The notes: generated from the letters alone by a model not told the origin. Shown: positions 50,901 through 59,666, numbered from the stretch's first letter. The stretch is DNA of 64,000 nt from Candidatus Altimarinota bacterium (GCA_039809385.1 JBDHUY010000008.1:1-64000), one strand, 5' to 3'. Numbers and translations are program-made.

Positions 50901-51589
50901 TTCTGCAAACTCACTCGAATTTCCTCTGTCCCGTCGCTGTTGACTTGATAGGATTCTTTGTCCACGCAAATACTGGCAAAATTATCGGAAATACAGGTAA
51001 TACCCGGCGATCCTCCGCCGCCCGAGCCGGTAAGCTGAATCGCGGAAGCAGAGGACATGCTGTGCTTACCCCCGACATTGTCGGCTACCTCGGCTTTAAA
51101 TTGGATGGACGAAGCAGCTACGGTTTGACCCGCGCGTACCTTAAACGTGATACGAAACGCTTCGGAAGTTCCGGTAATATCTTTGGGAGAACCGGTGCTC
51201 AACACGACGTTAAACGTCCGATCATTCAGGATTGCGCTGCTGGGCACGAGCGTGGCACCGGCGAAATCGCTGCCGAGCGTTACTTCGGGTGTATCAAGAA
51301 AAGATGGTAATTGAGCAAACTGAACACTGAGTGCCCCTACCCGCGGGTTTTGCGAAGCGTTAGCCGGTTTCTGAACGCGAAAACTGATCGTTTCGAAACG
51401 GTCGCCCGAAACGGCGTAGCTGTCTTTATCCGTACTGAAAACGATATAGTTGTCGCTTGAAGAAACCAGCGCGGTCTTCAACTGGCTTCCAAGGCCGTTT
51501 ACTATCAATACCAAAACTGTCAAGATGAGGAACGCCAGACCAGAGAAGAACACGCGAGGATGGATTTTTTGGAAAAGTTTGTTTTTCAC
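47906..51589 (-). CDS. Scaffoldin-like protein: 3 cohesin-like repeats, Asn/Gly linker, carboxypeptidase-regulatory-like, Cys-rich, Big_2, Ig-like, C-terminal dockerin
   Basis: Three DK(D/E)SY.V...(F)xIxFxxxAG repeats; WSSSNADIGAVDSLGLFAAKKTG; CDVNGNGQFDILD...ADINGDGRIGVPE. Confidence 0.85.
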   Translation of the reverse strand: MKNKLFQKIHPRVFFSGLAFLILTVLVLIVNGLGSQLKTALVSSSDNYIVFSTDKDSYAVSGDRFETISFRVQKPANASQNPRVGALSVQFAQLPSFLDTPEVTLGSDFAGATLVPSSAILNDRTFNVVLSTGSPKDITGTSEAFRITFKVRAGQTVAASSIQFKAEVADNVGGKHSMSSASAIQLTGSGGGGSPGITCISDNFASICVDKESYQVNSDGTEEIRVSLQKSPNSSATPALRGYTVTFKNLPGYLQPAKNNITVTSLLNGLTASGADQIQNGEYRVQATSGSAVTPSSVPTPLFSIRFRPIAGVTVTPTDINFLADLSDQQNTLHSLTGGKFRLTTGSSSGNGNSNAAANPVCISDNFARVCLDKESYRVNEDGTEEIKVSLDKPAGSSTTPSVRGYTFRFENLPAYLEPNKNAITLTSTYPGGALTATGSEQIGSGIYNVQATSGTALTPSSVPIGLFTIRFKPKAGQSVAETGIRFSVDISDGNNGLHALSGGNFRLVPGSGGGSGPFTVTAATEGAGCSVRPASQQISSGSTASIDVTIQSGFQLNAIKDNGTPLSNIQSNMSNVNGNTLTFTVSNIIENHSYIFVCAASSSNGNQNGSQNGNQNGVLNQNQNNGSGQNGNLNNNSGQNFNTNGGGGGQNQNGNGNNNGTLTGKVTCNNNPVSGARVSISKGVTLGPVTTGSDGNYIIEAIPSNVGYTVGVTNVASPCKDDPAVTTALTINRGSNTFNIALKTCNVKDECRPSQMCNGTTETTDWQCTNGQCTFTTTPNSDRCSDRICQNLQCATIPGTGQKQCSSDDSCFDAVCEAGTNVCKKVPGSGQRQCVSDDTCKLQLQNLYIVTNPFNDLMIGYQVTNNTVSFRAVSRLSSSNAVTWSLRGNAGGSLDRTAGESVTYTAGSISGQDVLTLSSGQNKAYALVTVRYSGSQPTFDITTTNLVQEQGTFPLNISLGADIGGTIPLKALAEYKDPATGQTKFVDVTSALSWSSSNADIGAVDSLGLFAAKKTGTTRISGTFNSLTSNAITIAVNPTFPEVNPAGYEPHFNPNPVARGYSTRFWVFVESDSGNRDDICVVSADLSQLNIAPVCTGSGSQIGDCNSQWRLQPAESEGRGRWYYLEFRVPFTVQNGTYPIRVQATSCADNKIDRRLTVPLRVVSEVNKCDVNGNGQFDILDPIFALQAAVGTKKQTDPFINIFADINGDGRIGVPEAICALRELTR

Positions 51590-51784
51590 GACAAGGAATG
51601 GGGATCTAGTATAAAGTATCTGGTATTACGTATTTGGTATGGGACATCGGTTTTTATGGATTTTCGACTTTTTATGATTTTTTCGATTTAGTCCTTCTCT
51701 TTGCTGTCAGCTGTCAACTGTAAGCTTGTTGTCGCTCCTAACTCCCAACTCCAATCTCCCGACTCTCCGCACATGGGTCTGCAC

Positions 51785-54700
51785 CTACGAGCACGTCTGC
51801 CCGTTGGGCCAGCTATTATTGAGCAGGAAAAAGGCCATGAACTGAATGTCGGTAATATCGATTTTGGTTTGGTCGCGATTGGCGGTATTGCAATTTAACT
51901 GAGGCGGATTCGCATCGTTTTTCACATCCCCGTTTTTGATATTGGTCGCATTGGCCGGGACAGTTTTGTCGGCCAGAAATTGCATGACCGTCGTAAGATC
52001 GTTAATTTTAAAGCCGTTCTGGCAGTCGACATCGCCTAATGTGGGACAACTGCTGCCGCCGTCTGTGGTAATCGAAAAAGTTGTATCGCTACGATCAGTC
52101 GGGGTACAGTTTTTGACGCCGGTTCCGTCCGCTTCGCAGTTTTCTACTTGAACCTTATACACATTCCCGGAAGTTTCGGCTGCCGGGAATGTAACACTTT
52201 TTTCTCGCACATCAACGTTACTGACCAGCCGATCGAAGATGGCTAAGGGAGTCGAAACAGCAACATCATTTTTCAATAACACGACACGTATTTTGGGCTT
52301 TGTCAGATGTGCCGGATTCCAGGCAATCGTGGTCGTATCACCCGATTTAAAGGACTCTCCCCCATCGGGGCGTAATACGGTTATGGCTACGGGGAAAGCG
52401 CCCGAACTGGCAATGGTAAACGGGGTTGTTTCGGAGATCACACCGGACTGAAAATCACAGAATCCCTGCGCGGGATCGTTTTGACACAAGCCGATCACGA
52501 TTTTATAGTTCTGCCCGGTCAGTTCGGGCATGGTAATAACTTCCTTTTTGGCACCGTTGCTCGTATCGCTCACGGTTCGTAAAGGAGTACTACGTGTATT
52601 CCCGCTAAAGAGTTGAATCTGGAGTTTTTTGCCTTGGGGAGTATTCTGCTGGGTCCAGGAAAGGGTATAGCTGTTCCCATTCTTGAGGATACGGGATGCG
52701 GCTCCTTCCAGTTCGACGATTTTAGCGGATGTCACGCTGGGGGTAGCTCCGCCTGACCCGCTTGTAATTTCAAATGAGGCGCTGGTAACCGAAACGCCGG
52801 TAATGGCGCACGGATCGACCTGACTGTCGACCTGGCACAAGGCCACCCGAATCAAATAGCCGGGTCCGGGCGTTACGTTGGGAATAACGCGATCAACTGT
52901 ACGCTCGCTGTTTTGTACGTTCGTGTCGTAAGCCCCCAACCGTTGAGCAGCCTGACCGTTTTTGAAGAGAAGAATCACAATGCGGCTATTGGCCGGAATA
53001 TTAGCTTGCGTCCATTTGATATTGAGAGAGGCTCCCTGGGCAATCTTGTCCTGATTCAAACCCGTAAGAACCAGATTCGTAATGCTTGGCGTGCTGCTGC
53101 CGGTAGTGATCTCAAAGGACGCGCTTGTAACCGAAACTCCCGTAATATTGCAGGGGTCTTGGTTATCGTTCTCGCAGAGCGCTACGCGGATCAGATAACC
53201 TGGTCCGACCGAAACATTCGGAATTGTTCGAACCACTGAACGCTCTCCGTTTTGGGTATTGGTTTCAAAAACGCCCAACTTTTGAGGTTGTTGTCCGGTT
53301 TTAAAGAGACTAATCTGAATCCGGCTGTTGGCTGGAATATTAGCTTGTGTCCATTTAATAGTCAGATTGGCGCCTTGGGAAATTTTGTCCTGATTCAACC
53401 CTTCCAAAAACAGATTGGTAATACTGGCCTGGGCGCCACCACCGGCGGTAACGGTCACAGAAACCGGATTGGTTGCGCGAAACTGCGGATTGTCACCCCA
53501 CTTCGCCTGAAAAATAGTTGAATAATTCCCCTGGCTGCTATAGCGATGCTTGAAGGTATAACAATTGTCGTTTTTTTTACAAGTTACAGTTTCGTCTCCC
53601 GGCGTCTGAGCAGAAAACTGCCCCTGAGTATCGCCGAAATTAGCGGTAAATTGAGGGTCTCCCGCACAAGTGGCATTGCCGGTTTTGTCCAGATCGAGCG
53701 AAAAGGTGATATCCTCGTTGGTTGTCGCACTCGTTTTGTCGGCACCAAAAGATTGTATCGTAAAATTGCACAAAGGCGACTGCGCAGGCACAACCGGCGT
53801 GACGGGATCGGAAACACCCAGAATACTGTCGGGATGGTCGGCGCCGGTATTATCTATGATTTTTAATATTGCGGTAATCTGTTTCCCGGCCGGCAATCCT
53901 GTTACGACGCATGTACGAAGGGATTTATCCTTCATGCTCTTATTACTGTCGGGACAAACATATGCGGGGCCTGTCGATTGTTCACAGGTTTCAGCTTGGG
54001 AAAGAGTATCGCCATAGCAAACCTTGTAATGATTAAATGTCGACGGGACGGTCGACACCCCCGGATCGCCCCAATTAAATTTGACAGCGCCTCCCTGCTG
54101 CAACTGCAGATCGGGAGAAAATCCCAGATGGCGGGTGGTTCTAAAAATTTGCCGATCCGATTTTGTGTTATTCCCGTCAAAGCGTTTAGCGGTAACCAAA
54201 ACGCAATATTCTGTATCGGGATTGAGAAGCGCGGTACCGTCTTTGTTAAACACAAACGACCGCAAGCGGGCATCCAGCTCTATCGTTTTATTCGGCCAGC
54301 CCTCGTCACCATAGGTACAGCGGGTTTCAGCCGTTCCGCTGCTGCTGAGCGGTCGTCCCCATTTGACCGTGTAGCTGGAGATCTGATCCTGGCGATTGAA
54401 GAACCAACCGACTTCGAGGCTGTTACTGGAGCTAAAGAGCTGTTGAATAGAGCCGTCAACCAGGGGACTATTGCTGTTATTTTGATTGGTATTGGCAGCT
54501 AGAACGTCAATTCTACGAGGTTCGGTCGGGAGATCACTCTGACAAGCGCCACCCCAGTTGACCGAAAAGAGCGGACGATAGGTTCCGGGGGTAACGTAGG
54601 TATGCGAAGGGCTGGAACGGGTTGAGGTATTGCCATCGCGGAAATCCCAGGTATAGACAGGTGTTCCGAAGCATTTGTCGTTCGTTGCTTGTACATTGCT

Positions 54701-55054
54701 GTCAAATTGGACAAAAAAGTTTGGAGCTGTTTGACCGGCGGCAAAGGTAGCGGTGGGAGCAACGCTGAATTGACACTCGGCGCTGGGCAAGCATATGGGA
54801 CCGGCGTTGAGGTTGTCGTTTATCGGGTCGCCGCAACCGGCTCCAACGGTTATGCCAAAGAACGTAAAACAGGGAGACGGCCCTTCCAAAGAACCGGAAG
54901 AGATCGAGGTTTGTATAGTACGGCCGCTTTGACCTACCCAAAGGGACATGGCCGTGGCAAACCCGACGACGAGGATTCCGAAAAAAAGCGGCCACCTGCG
55001 TTGGCGCAGAAAGAGCAAGAATTTGTTTAGGGACCGACCTTTGGTTTTGGGCAT
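51785..55054 (-). CDS. Surface protein: PKD, FN3-like, PKD-like, 4 Ig-like (Kre9-like) domains, C-terminal dockerin
   Basis: YTWDFRDG...PSHTYVTPGTY; two near-identical IKWTQANIPANSRI domains; ITVLRPDGGESF; GDVDCQNGFKINDL...GDV...IDITDI. Confidence 0.85.
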   Translation of the reverse strand: MPKTKGRSLNKFLLFLRQRRWPLFFGILVVGFATAMSLWVGQSGRTIQTSISSGSLEGPSPCFTFFGITVGAGCGDPINDNLNAGPICLPSAECQFSVAPTATFAAGQTAPNFFVQFDSNVQATNDKCFGTPVYTWDFRDGNTSTRSSPSHTYVTPGTYRPLFSVNWGGACQSDLPTEPRRIDVLAANTNQNNSNSPLVDGSIQQLFSSSNSLEVGWFFNRQDQISSYTVKWGRPLSSSGTAETRCTYGDEGWPNKTIELDARLRSFVFNKDGTALLNPDTEYCVLVTAKRFDGNNTKSDRQIFRTTRHLGFSPDLQLQQGGAVKFNWGDPGVSTVPSTFNHYKVCYGDTLSQAETCEQSTGPAYVCPDSNKSMKDKSLRTCVVTGLPAGKQITAILKIIDNTGADHPDSILGVSDPVTPVVPAQSPLCNFTIQSFGADKTSATTNEDITFSLDLDKTGNATCAGDPQFTANFGDTQGQFSAQTPGDETVTCKKNDNCYTFKHRYSSQGNYSTIFQAKWGDNPQFRATNPVSVTVTAGGGAQASITNLFLEGLNQDKISQGANLTIKWTQANIPANSRIQISLFKTGQQPQKLGVFETNTQNGERSVVRTIPNVSVGPGYLIRVALCENDNQDPCNITGVSVTSASFEITTGSSTPSITNLVLTGLNQDKIAQGASLNIKWTQANIPANSRIVILLFKNGQAAQRLGAYDTNVQNSERTVDRVIPNVTPGPGYLIRVALCQVDSQVDPCAITGVSVTSASFEITSGSGGATPSVTSAKIVELEGAASRILKNGNSYTLSWTQQNTPQGKKLQIQLFSGNTRSTPLRTVSDTSNGAKKEVITMPELTGQNYKIVIGLCQNDPAQGFCDFQSGVISETTPFTIASSGAFPVAITVLRPDGGESFKSGDTTTIAWNPAHLTKPKIRVVLLKNDVAVSTPLAIFDRLVSNVDVREKSVTFPAAETSGNVYKVQVENCEADGTGVKNCTPTDRSDTTFSITTDGGSSCPTLGDVDCQNGFKINDLTTVMQFLADKTVPANATNIKNGDVKNDANPPQLNCNTANRDQTKIDITDIQFMAFFLLNNSWPNGQTCS

Positions 55055-55449
55055 AAGGGGCAAATGAAAAAGCAATGTGGGAGATTCTTGGCGTTTTAAA
55101 AACAAGAATTCTTATCATAATAACAAAAAAATCGATTTTGTTCAACGAGGGTATTTTCGTTTTTGGCAAAAGTGTTGACGGCTGCCCGGAGGATTACTAT
55201 ACTTTGCAACCTGACATATTTACCTGTCAGGTATCATTCTCTATAAAAAGGTGACAAACACACAATACAAATAAAAAAGATAACAATGATCTTTGACACA
55301 TAGAAAAAGCAGGTAGTCTTCTGAATACGAACCGATTGTTCGAAGGTGTGGCAACCGTGCCACTGCCCCAGTCCACGGTGCTCGTGTTCAGAAAACCTGC
55401 CTGCTTGCTAGTCCATTAGTCAAACAGGCGAATCTTAAGGAGAAGATCA

Positions 55450-56046
55450 ATGAAAAAGATTTTTTTGATAGTGTTATTAATGCTCTCTCTTGTGACAAGT
55501 ATCAACGCACAAGATAAAAAGAATTCAAACCTCAGCAATCCTCTGGGCACCAAAGTCCAAAAGCTAAAGCAAGCCATTCTCTCCAACCAATTAACTTTGA
55601 TAGAAGGTGATTTTTCACAAATATTAAAAGAAATCGAACCTTCAGAATCAGAAGATGAAGACGAAAGGTTAATAGTTGAAAGAAAGAAATTTGGCAATAT
55701 ATATGAAGTTTCTCTATCTACAATAAAAAGGTCAGAAGGTGGGTTGACTATAGAGGTTGATACTCAAAGAAATACACTCACCATCACCGCTGGTAATAAA
55801 GACGAAAATATTATTTTTGTCGATAAGAAGATGGATGGGGTCATTGATGAATTAACGCTGAATCTAAAAGAACCAAAATTAGAAATTCCAGAAGACGCAA
55901 CCCCAGACCAATCACAAAGAATCAAAGAGACTTTTGAGAAAGAAATGAAAGAGTACGATACATCGAAAACTTTACTCGAAGCAAACAAACAAAAGTCTTA
56001 CAAGATTCTTATTAAGTTACTTCTCATACTATTTGATATTGATTAG
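55450..56046 (+). CDS. Secreted hypothetical protein
   Basis: Signal peptide MKKIFLIVLLMLSLVTSINA; AAGGAG RBS. Confidence 0.75.
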   Translation: MKKIFLIVLLMLSLVTSINAQDKKNSNLSNPLGTKVQKLKQAILSNQLTLIEGDFSQILKEIEPSESEDEDERLIVERKKFGNIYEVSLSTIKRSEGGLTIEVDTQRNTLTITAGNKDENIIFVDKKMDGVIDELTLNLKEPKLEIPEDATPDQSQRIKETFEKEMKEYDTSKTLLEANKQKSYKILIKLLLILFDID

Positions 56047-56067
56047 CAAAAATATGCAGGTCTCCAC

Positions 56068-56095
56068 GGCCGGGTTGAAACACACCCGGCCTTTT
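56068..56095 (+). terminator. Rho-independent terminator
   Basis: ggccgggt-loop-acccggcc followed by tttt. Confidence 0.7.
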
Positions 56096-56141
56096 CCATG
56101 TAAAAAAGGATATAGTGATTTCAATGAAACCGAGATGACAG

Positions 56142-56390
56142 TCAGATACGCTCTTGCAAAAGCTCCGCTATTTCCGCACGAATAACCTTAATTGCCAGCT
56201 CTTGGGAAAAATCGGTTAAAGGATTTTCGGGACCCAGCGCTTCTTCATACTCCTTTACAGTACGTTCAATAAGCTCGTCCAAAGAGAGTCTTTTTCTGTC
56301 TTCGGGAGAAAGCTTTGCAATGTGATCCAAAACGGGATCAAGCACCGAATCTAAATAATTCACTTTAGCATTCGTACCAGTATCGGGCAT
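56142..56390 (-). CDS. Small acidic hypothetical protein
   Basis: 82-aa ATG ORF (MPDTGTNAKV...). Confidence 0.6.
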   Translation of the reverse strand: MPDTGTNAKVNYLDSVLDPVLDHIAKLSPEDRKRLSLDELIERTVKEYEEALGPENPLTDFSQELAIKVIRAEIAELLQERI

Positions 56391-56466
56391 AGCAAAGGGA
56401 TAAATAGAAAACTCTCTCAGAGGCTGTCTGAAAAGTATACATCGTTCCTTTTTGCTTGTCATGCTC

Positions 56467-56612
56467 CGTCATTGCGAGGAAGCTCGTATAATGCTTTCCA
56501 GCAAGTTATTAACCAGACGAAGCAATCTTTGTCCCCTGCCAGGAGTGCATGAGATTGCTTCGTCGAGTTTGTCTTTTGCGTTAAAGATATCTATTACCTC
56601 CTCGCAAGGACG
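56467..56612. repeat. CGTC-type palindromic repeat (RPE/REP-like)
   Basis: cgtcattgcgagga...gacgaagcaatc...gattgcttcgtc...cctcgcaaggacg nested inverted repeats. Confidence 0.75.
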
Positions 56613-56689
56613 GAATCGGGCTTTCCTTGAAGTACAAGTGGATTTCGTAACTCAAGTTAACATAGATTTGGTACTTCAAGCGATACCTC

Positions 56690-57136
56690 TTAACGCACCG
56701 ACAATCCCAGTTTTTTGAGCAAACGCGCCAATTGAGTCTGTTCGGCAGCATTCAGTCCCGATACCGCGGACACAATCGTGGCAGCATGCGCGGGAAAGAT
56801 CCGCTGAAAAAGCTTTTGTCCTTTTTCGGTCAGCTCCACATAGTGAGAACGACGATCGGTCGGACAGGCAATACGACGAACCAGTCCGCTTTTGGTCAGA
56901 TTATCCACCACCACCGTCATATTACCGCCAGAAACCAGAACTTTTTCGCAGATTTTACCCAAAGACAACGTTCCCAAATGTCCCAAACACTCGATCACCG
57001 CAAACTGCGGCGGCGTCAGACCGGACTGTCTGATATTTTCAGCGCTTTTCTGAGCCACCACCGCATAGCAGCGGGCCAGTTTGACCCACAGATCGAGCGC
57101 GCGGATTGTCTTAGGATCGTAAGATTTTTTTTTCAT
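56690..57136 (-). CDS. MarR-family transcriptional regulator
   Basis: GLTPPQFAVIECL, GGNMTVVVDNL..GLVRR..PTDRRS..VELTEKG. Confidence 0.92.
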   Translation of the reverse strand: MKKKSYDPKTIRALDLWVKLARCYAVVAQKSAENIRQSGLTPPQFAVIECLGHLGTLSLGKICEKVLVSGGNMTVVVDNLTKSGLVRRIACPTDRRSHYVELTEKGQKLFQRIFPAHAATIVSAVSGLNAAEQTQLARLLKKLGLSVR

Positions 57137-57193
57137 GCGTACGATATGAACAAGATACGCCTCACATCAGATACATCATACCGATGTAGATTG

Positions 57194-58045
57194 TCATTTC
57201 CAGTTTTTAGCCAGCCACTGAGGAAAGTCCATCAAACCGGGATGAATTTGACGTAATTCTTCAATATCGGCCTCATACCCGTGATCGATAAACCACTGGA
57301 ACATGACCGCGCCTTCTTCACTCTGCTGACGGGCAACATCTATGGGTACTACCTGAAAGTCGGTTTTCATGCCCGAAACAGCGGTAATTGCCTCGGACAT
57401 CTGGGGTCCCGTCAGCTCGTCGCCGGCCAGTTCGATATTTGTTCCGATAAAGCGGTCCGGCTGATCGAAAGCCAAGGCAGCAAAATAACCGATATCGTCT
57501 ACCGCAATCATTTGAAGTTTAGTGTCTGCCAGAATCGGCAAAAAAAGAGTCATCGAACCGTCCTCATTTTTCTGTGGTGGCGAAAAGTTTAAAAAATTAT
57601 CCATAAAAAAGACTGGCCGAAAAACCGTTGTCGGGATTCCCAAAGATTGGATATACTCCTCAACCAGCCATTTAGAATCAAAGTGCGGAATGCCGGTGTT
57701 ACGTTCGGCACCTCCGACCGATGAATAGACTAAATGAGAGATATTGGCTTCTTTAGCCATATCGGCGACCAGTTTCCCCTGGCGCACTTCCTCGTCGAAT
57801 CCGATCTGCCAGAAATTCTGCACACTGTAGACTCCGTCCACTCCCTGCATGAGGGAACGCAAGGACTCAGCGTTTCCGATATCCCCCTCGACGACTTGCA
57901 TGCCCTGTTCTTGTAACGCCTGAGCCGCCGGTTTGCTCATATCGCGCGTTACCGCCCGCACCGTATGTCCCAGTTTAGCCAAATGCCGGGCCACGGCTCC
58001 TCCCTGCTGTCCGGTTGCTCCGATCACCAGTATGGTTTTTGCCAT
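57194..58045 (-). CDS. NmrA/HSCARG-family protein
   Basis: ILVIGATGQQGGAVA, LVYSSVG, PHFDSKW, RPVFFMDN. Confidence 0.92.
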   Translation of the reverse strand: MAKTILVIGATGQQGGAVARHLAKLGHTVRAVTRDMSKPAAQALQEQGMQVVEGDIGNAESLRSLMQGVDGVYSVQNFWQIGFDEEVRQGKLVADMAKEANISHLVYSSVGGAERNTGIPHFDSKWLVEEYIQSLGIPTTVFRPVFFMDNFLNFSPPQKNEDGSMTLFLPILADTKLQMIAVDDIGYFAALAFDQPDRFIGTNIELAGDELTGPQMSEAITAVSGMKTDFQVVPIDVARQQSEEGAVMFQWFIDHGYEADIEELRQIHPGLMDFPQWLAKNWK

Positions 58046-58432
58046 AAGAAAATGAATAAGAAAAATAAATTCAGAATACTTTAAATTCAAAATATTCTAA
58101 TTTGAAGTATAGAGAAAGTACAAGAAAAGTCAATGATTGGCAAAAAGTCGCACATACAGAATCACCGAGATACATGAAAAGGAGAGATCTCTGAGAGCAT
58201 ATCTGAAAAGTATACATAAAAAATATTTGAAGGCATTCCGGCTTGTCCGGAATCCAGGTGGTAGTGATAATGAACAGGTATTAGATCCTCTGTATTACCG
58301 GTTAGGGAAATGGATTAGGCTCTAAGTTACTCCTCATTGAGCCCTTTAAACAAGCTCCGTCCGTGTACGGATGCTGGGCGGGGCCAGCATGACGACAAAG
58401 TAGGAACGATATATACTTTATCAGAAAGGCTC

Positions 58433-58750
58433 TTACGCCCATACCCGCTGTTTATTTTTTTCCTCCTTGGCGCGGAAGGCGGTTTCCAGATCGACTCCGA
58501 CCTGATTGGCGACCGAACAGAGAACAAGCATAATATCGGCGAGTTCTTCCTCGACCGTACCGATTTTGGAAGAAGCGTCTATTTTCAGTCCTTCGCGTTT
58601 GCGGATAGCCTTCATCAGCTCGCCGATCTCCTCGGTCAACAGCAGACACCGCGATTGCAGCGTCTGGTCCTGGAATCCGCGCTCCTCACCCATTTGCTGA
58701 ACATATTTCTGGATGTCCGACAGGGTTGGATTTTCTTTGAGGAAAGGCAT
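58433..58750 (-). CDS. MazG-like nucleotide pyrophosphohydrolase
   Basis: LTEEIGEL..., EEELADI..., VDLETAF..KEEKN..R.W. Confidence 0.88.
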   Translation of the reverse strand: MPFLKENPTLSDIQKYVQQMGEERGFQDQTLQSRCLLLTEEIGELMKAIRKREGLKIDASSKIGTVEEELADIMLVLCSVANQVGVDLETAFRAKEEKNKQRVWA

Positions 58751-58824
58751 AGATGCAAATTATTATTAAAAAAATAAGATCTACAGTAGAGAGAACTGAG
58801 AGATTCTATTAGCTTAAAACAAGG

Positions 58825-59487
58825 TCAAATAAGTAATTTAAGAACATTTTTAAAATAGCTACTCCATGAAAACTCAAATATGGAAAATCTAAAATCGTTT
58901 AATCCTGTAAGCGCTTTAAGCTTAGGTGACAGTTTAATCAACAGCTCATTCCAAAGGCTACCAAGTTTATTAACTTCTTTTATATAAAAACTTATCTGAT
59001 CATATGTGAGAACTTTTCGAGCAGGAGTAATTTCAGAAGCTCCGTTTGAGTTAGACCATGTAGCAATTTTATGACCGTGTAGAAAGTCATTACGTATATC
59101 ACTAATTTTTTTAAAGACTTTCTTAATAAAATCAATTGGTTCTTTAATCTGATCTGATACTGAAGAAAAAAATATCTTAACAAAGTGGTCTAATTCCTGA
59201 TGAATATATCGACGATCATTCTTAATCCAGCTTTTATAAATATCTTCATTTGTATGTTTAAACTCAAGCTCAATTATTTTTCTCATTCTTTGGTGTAAAA
59301 AACACTCTATATATATTTGTAAAAAGATATATGAAAAAATTAAATCAGTTTCTGACCCATCTTTTTTATAACTTTTAAAATATTTTTCAAACTCATTGCG
59401 ATATATTAAAGCATCAATTTCAGCTTCTATTTCATAAGAATCAACTAAAGAGATTTTTTCATTAAGTTCTACATTATAATGTGTCAT
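58825..59487 (-). CDS. AT-rich hypothetical protein with HEPN-like RxxxxH motif
   Basis: IRNDFLH; upstream E-containing helix (YIECFL). Confidence 0.6.
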   Translation of the reverse strand: MTHYNVELNEKISLVDSYEIEAEIDALIYRNEFEKYFKSYKKDGSETDLIFSYIFLQIYIECFLHQRMRKIIELEFKHTNEDIYKSWIKNDRRYIHQELDHFVKIFFSSVSDQIKEPIDFIKKVFKKISDIRNDFLHGHKIATWSNSNGASEITPARKVLTYDQISFYIKEVNKLGSLWNELLIKLSPKLKALTGLNDFRFSIFEFSWSSYFKNVLKLLI

Positions 59488-59666
59488 TTTTTTGAAGAAT
59501 TATGCAATATTAAACTAGACTTAATTCTATACTATCACGATTCTAAAAAAAGATTGATTCAAGTCCATTAAGATAAAGTTGCCATATCCATGAAGACAAG
59601 AAACGTCACCAGCCCTGCCTTTGTTCCCATACGTAATACCTAATACTTTATACCAAATACTCCTGC

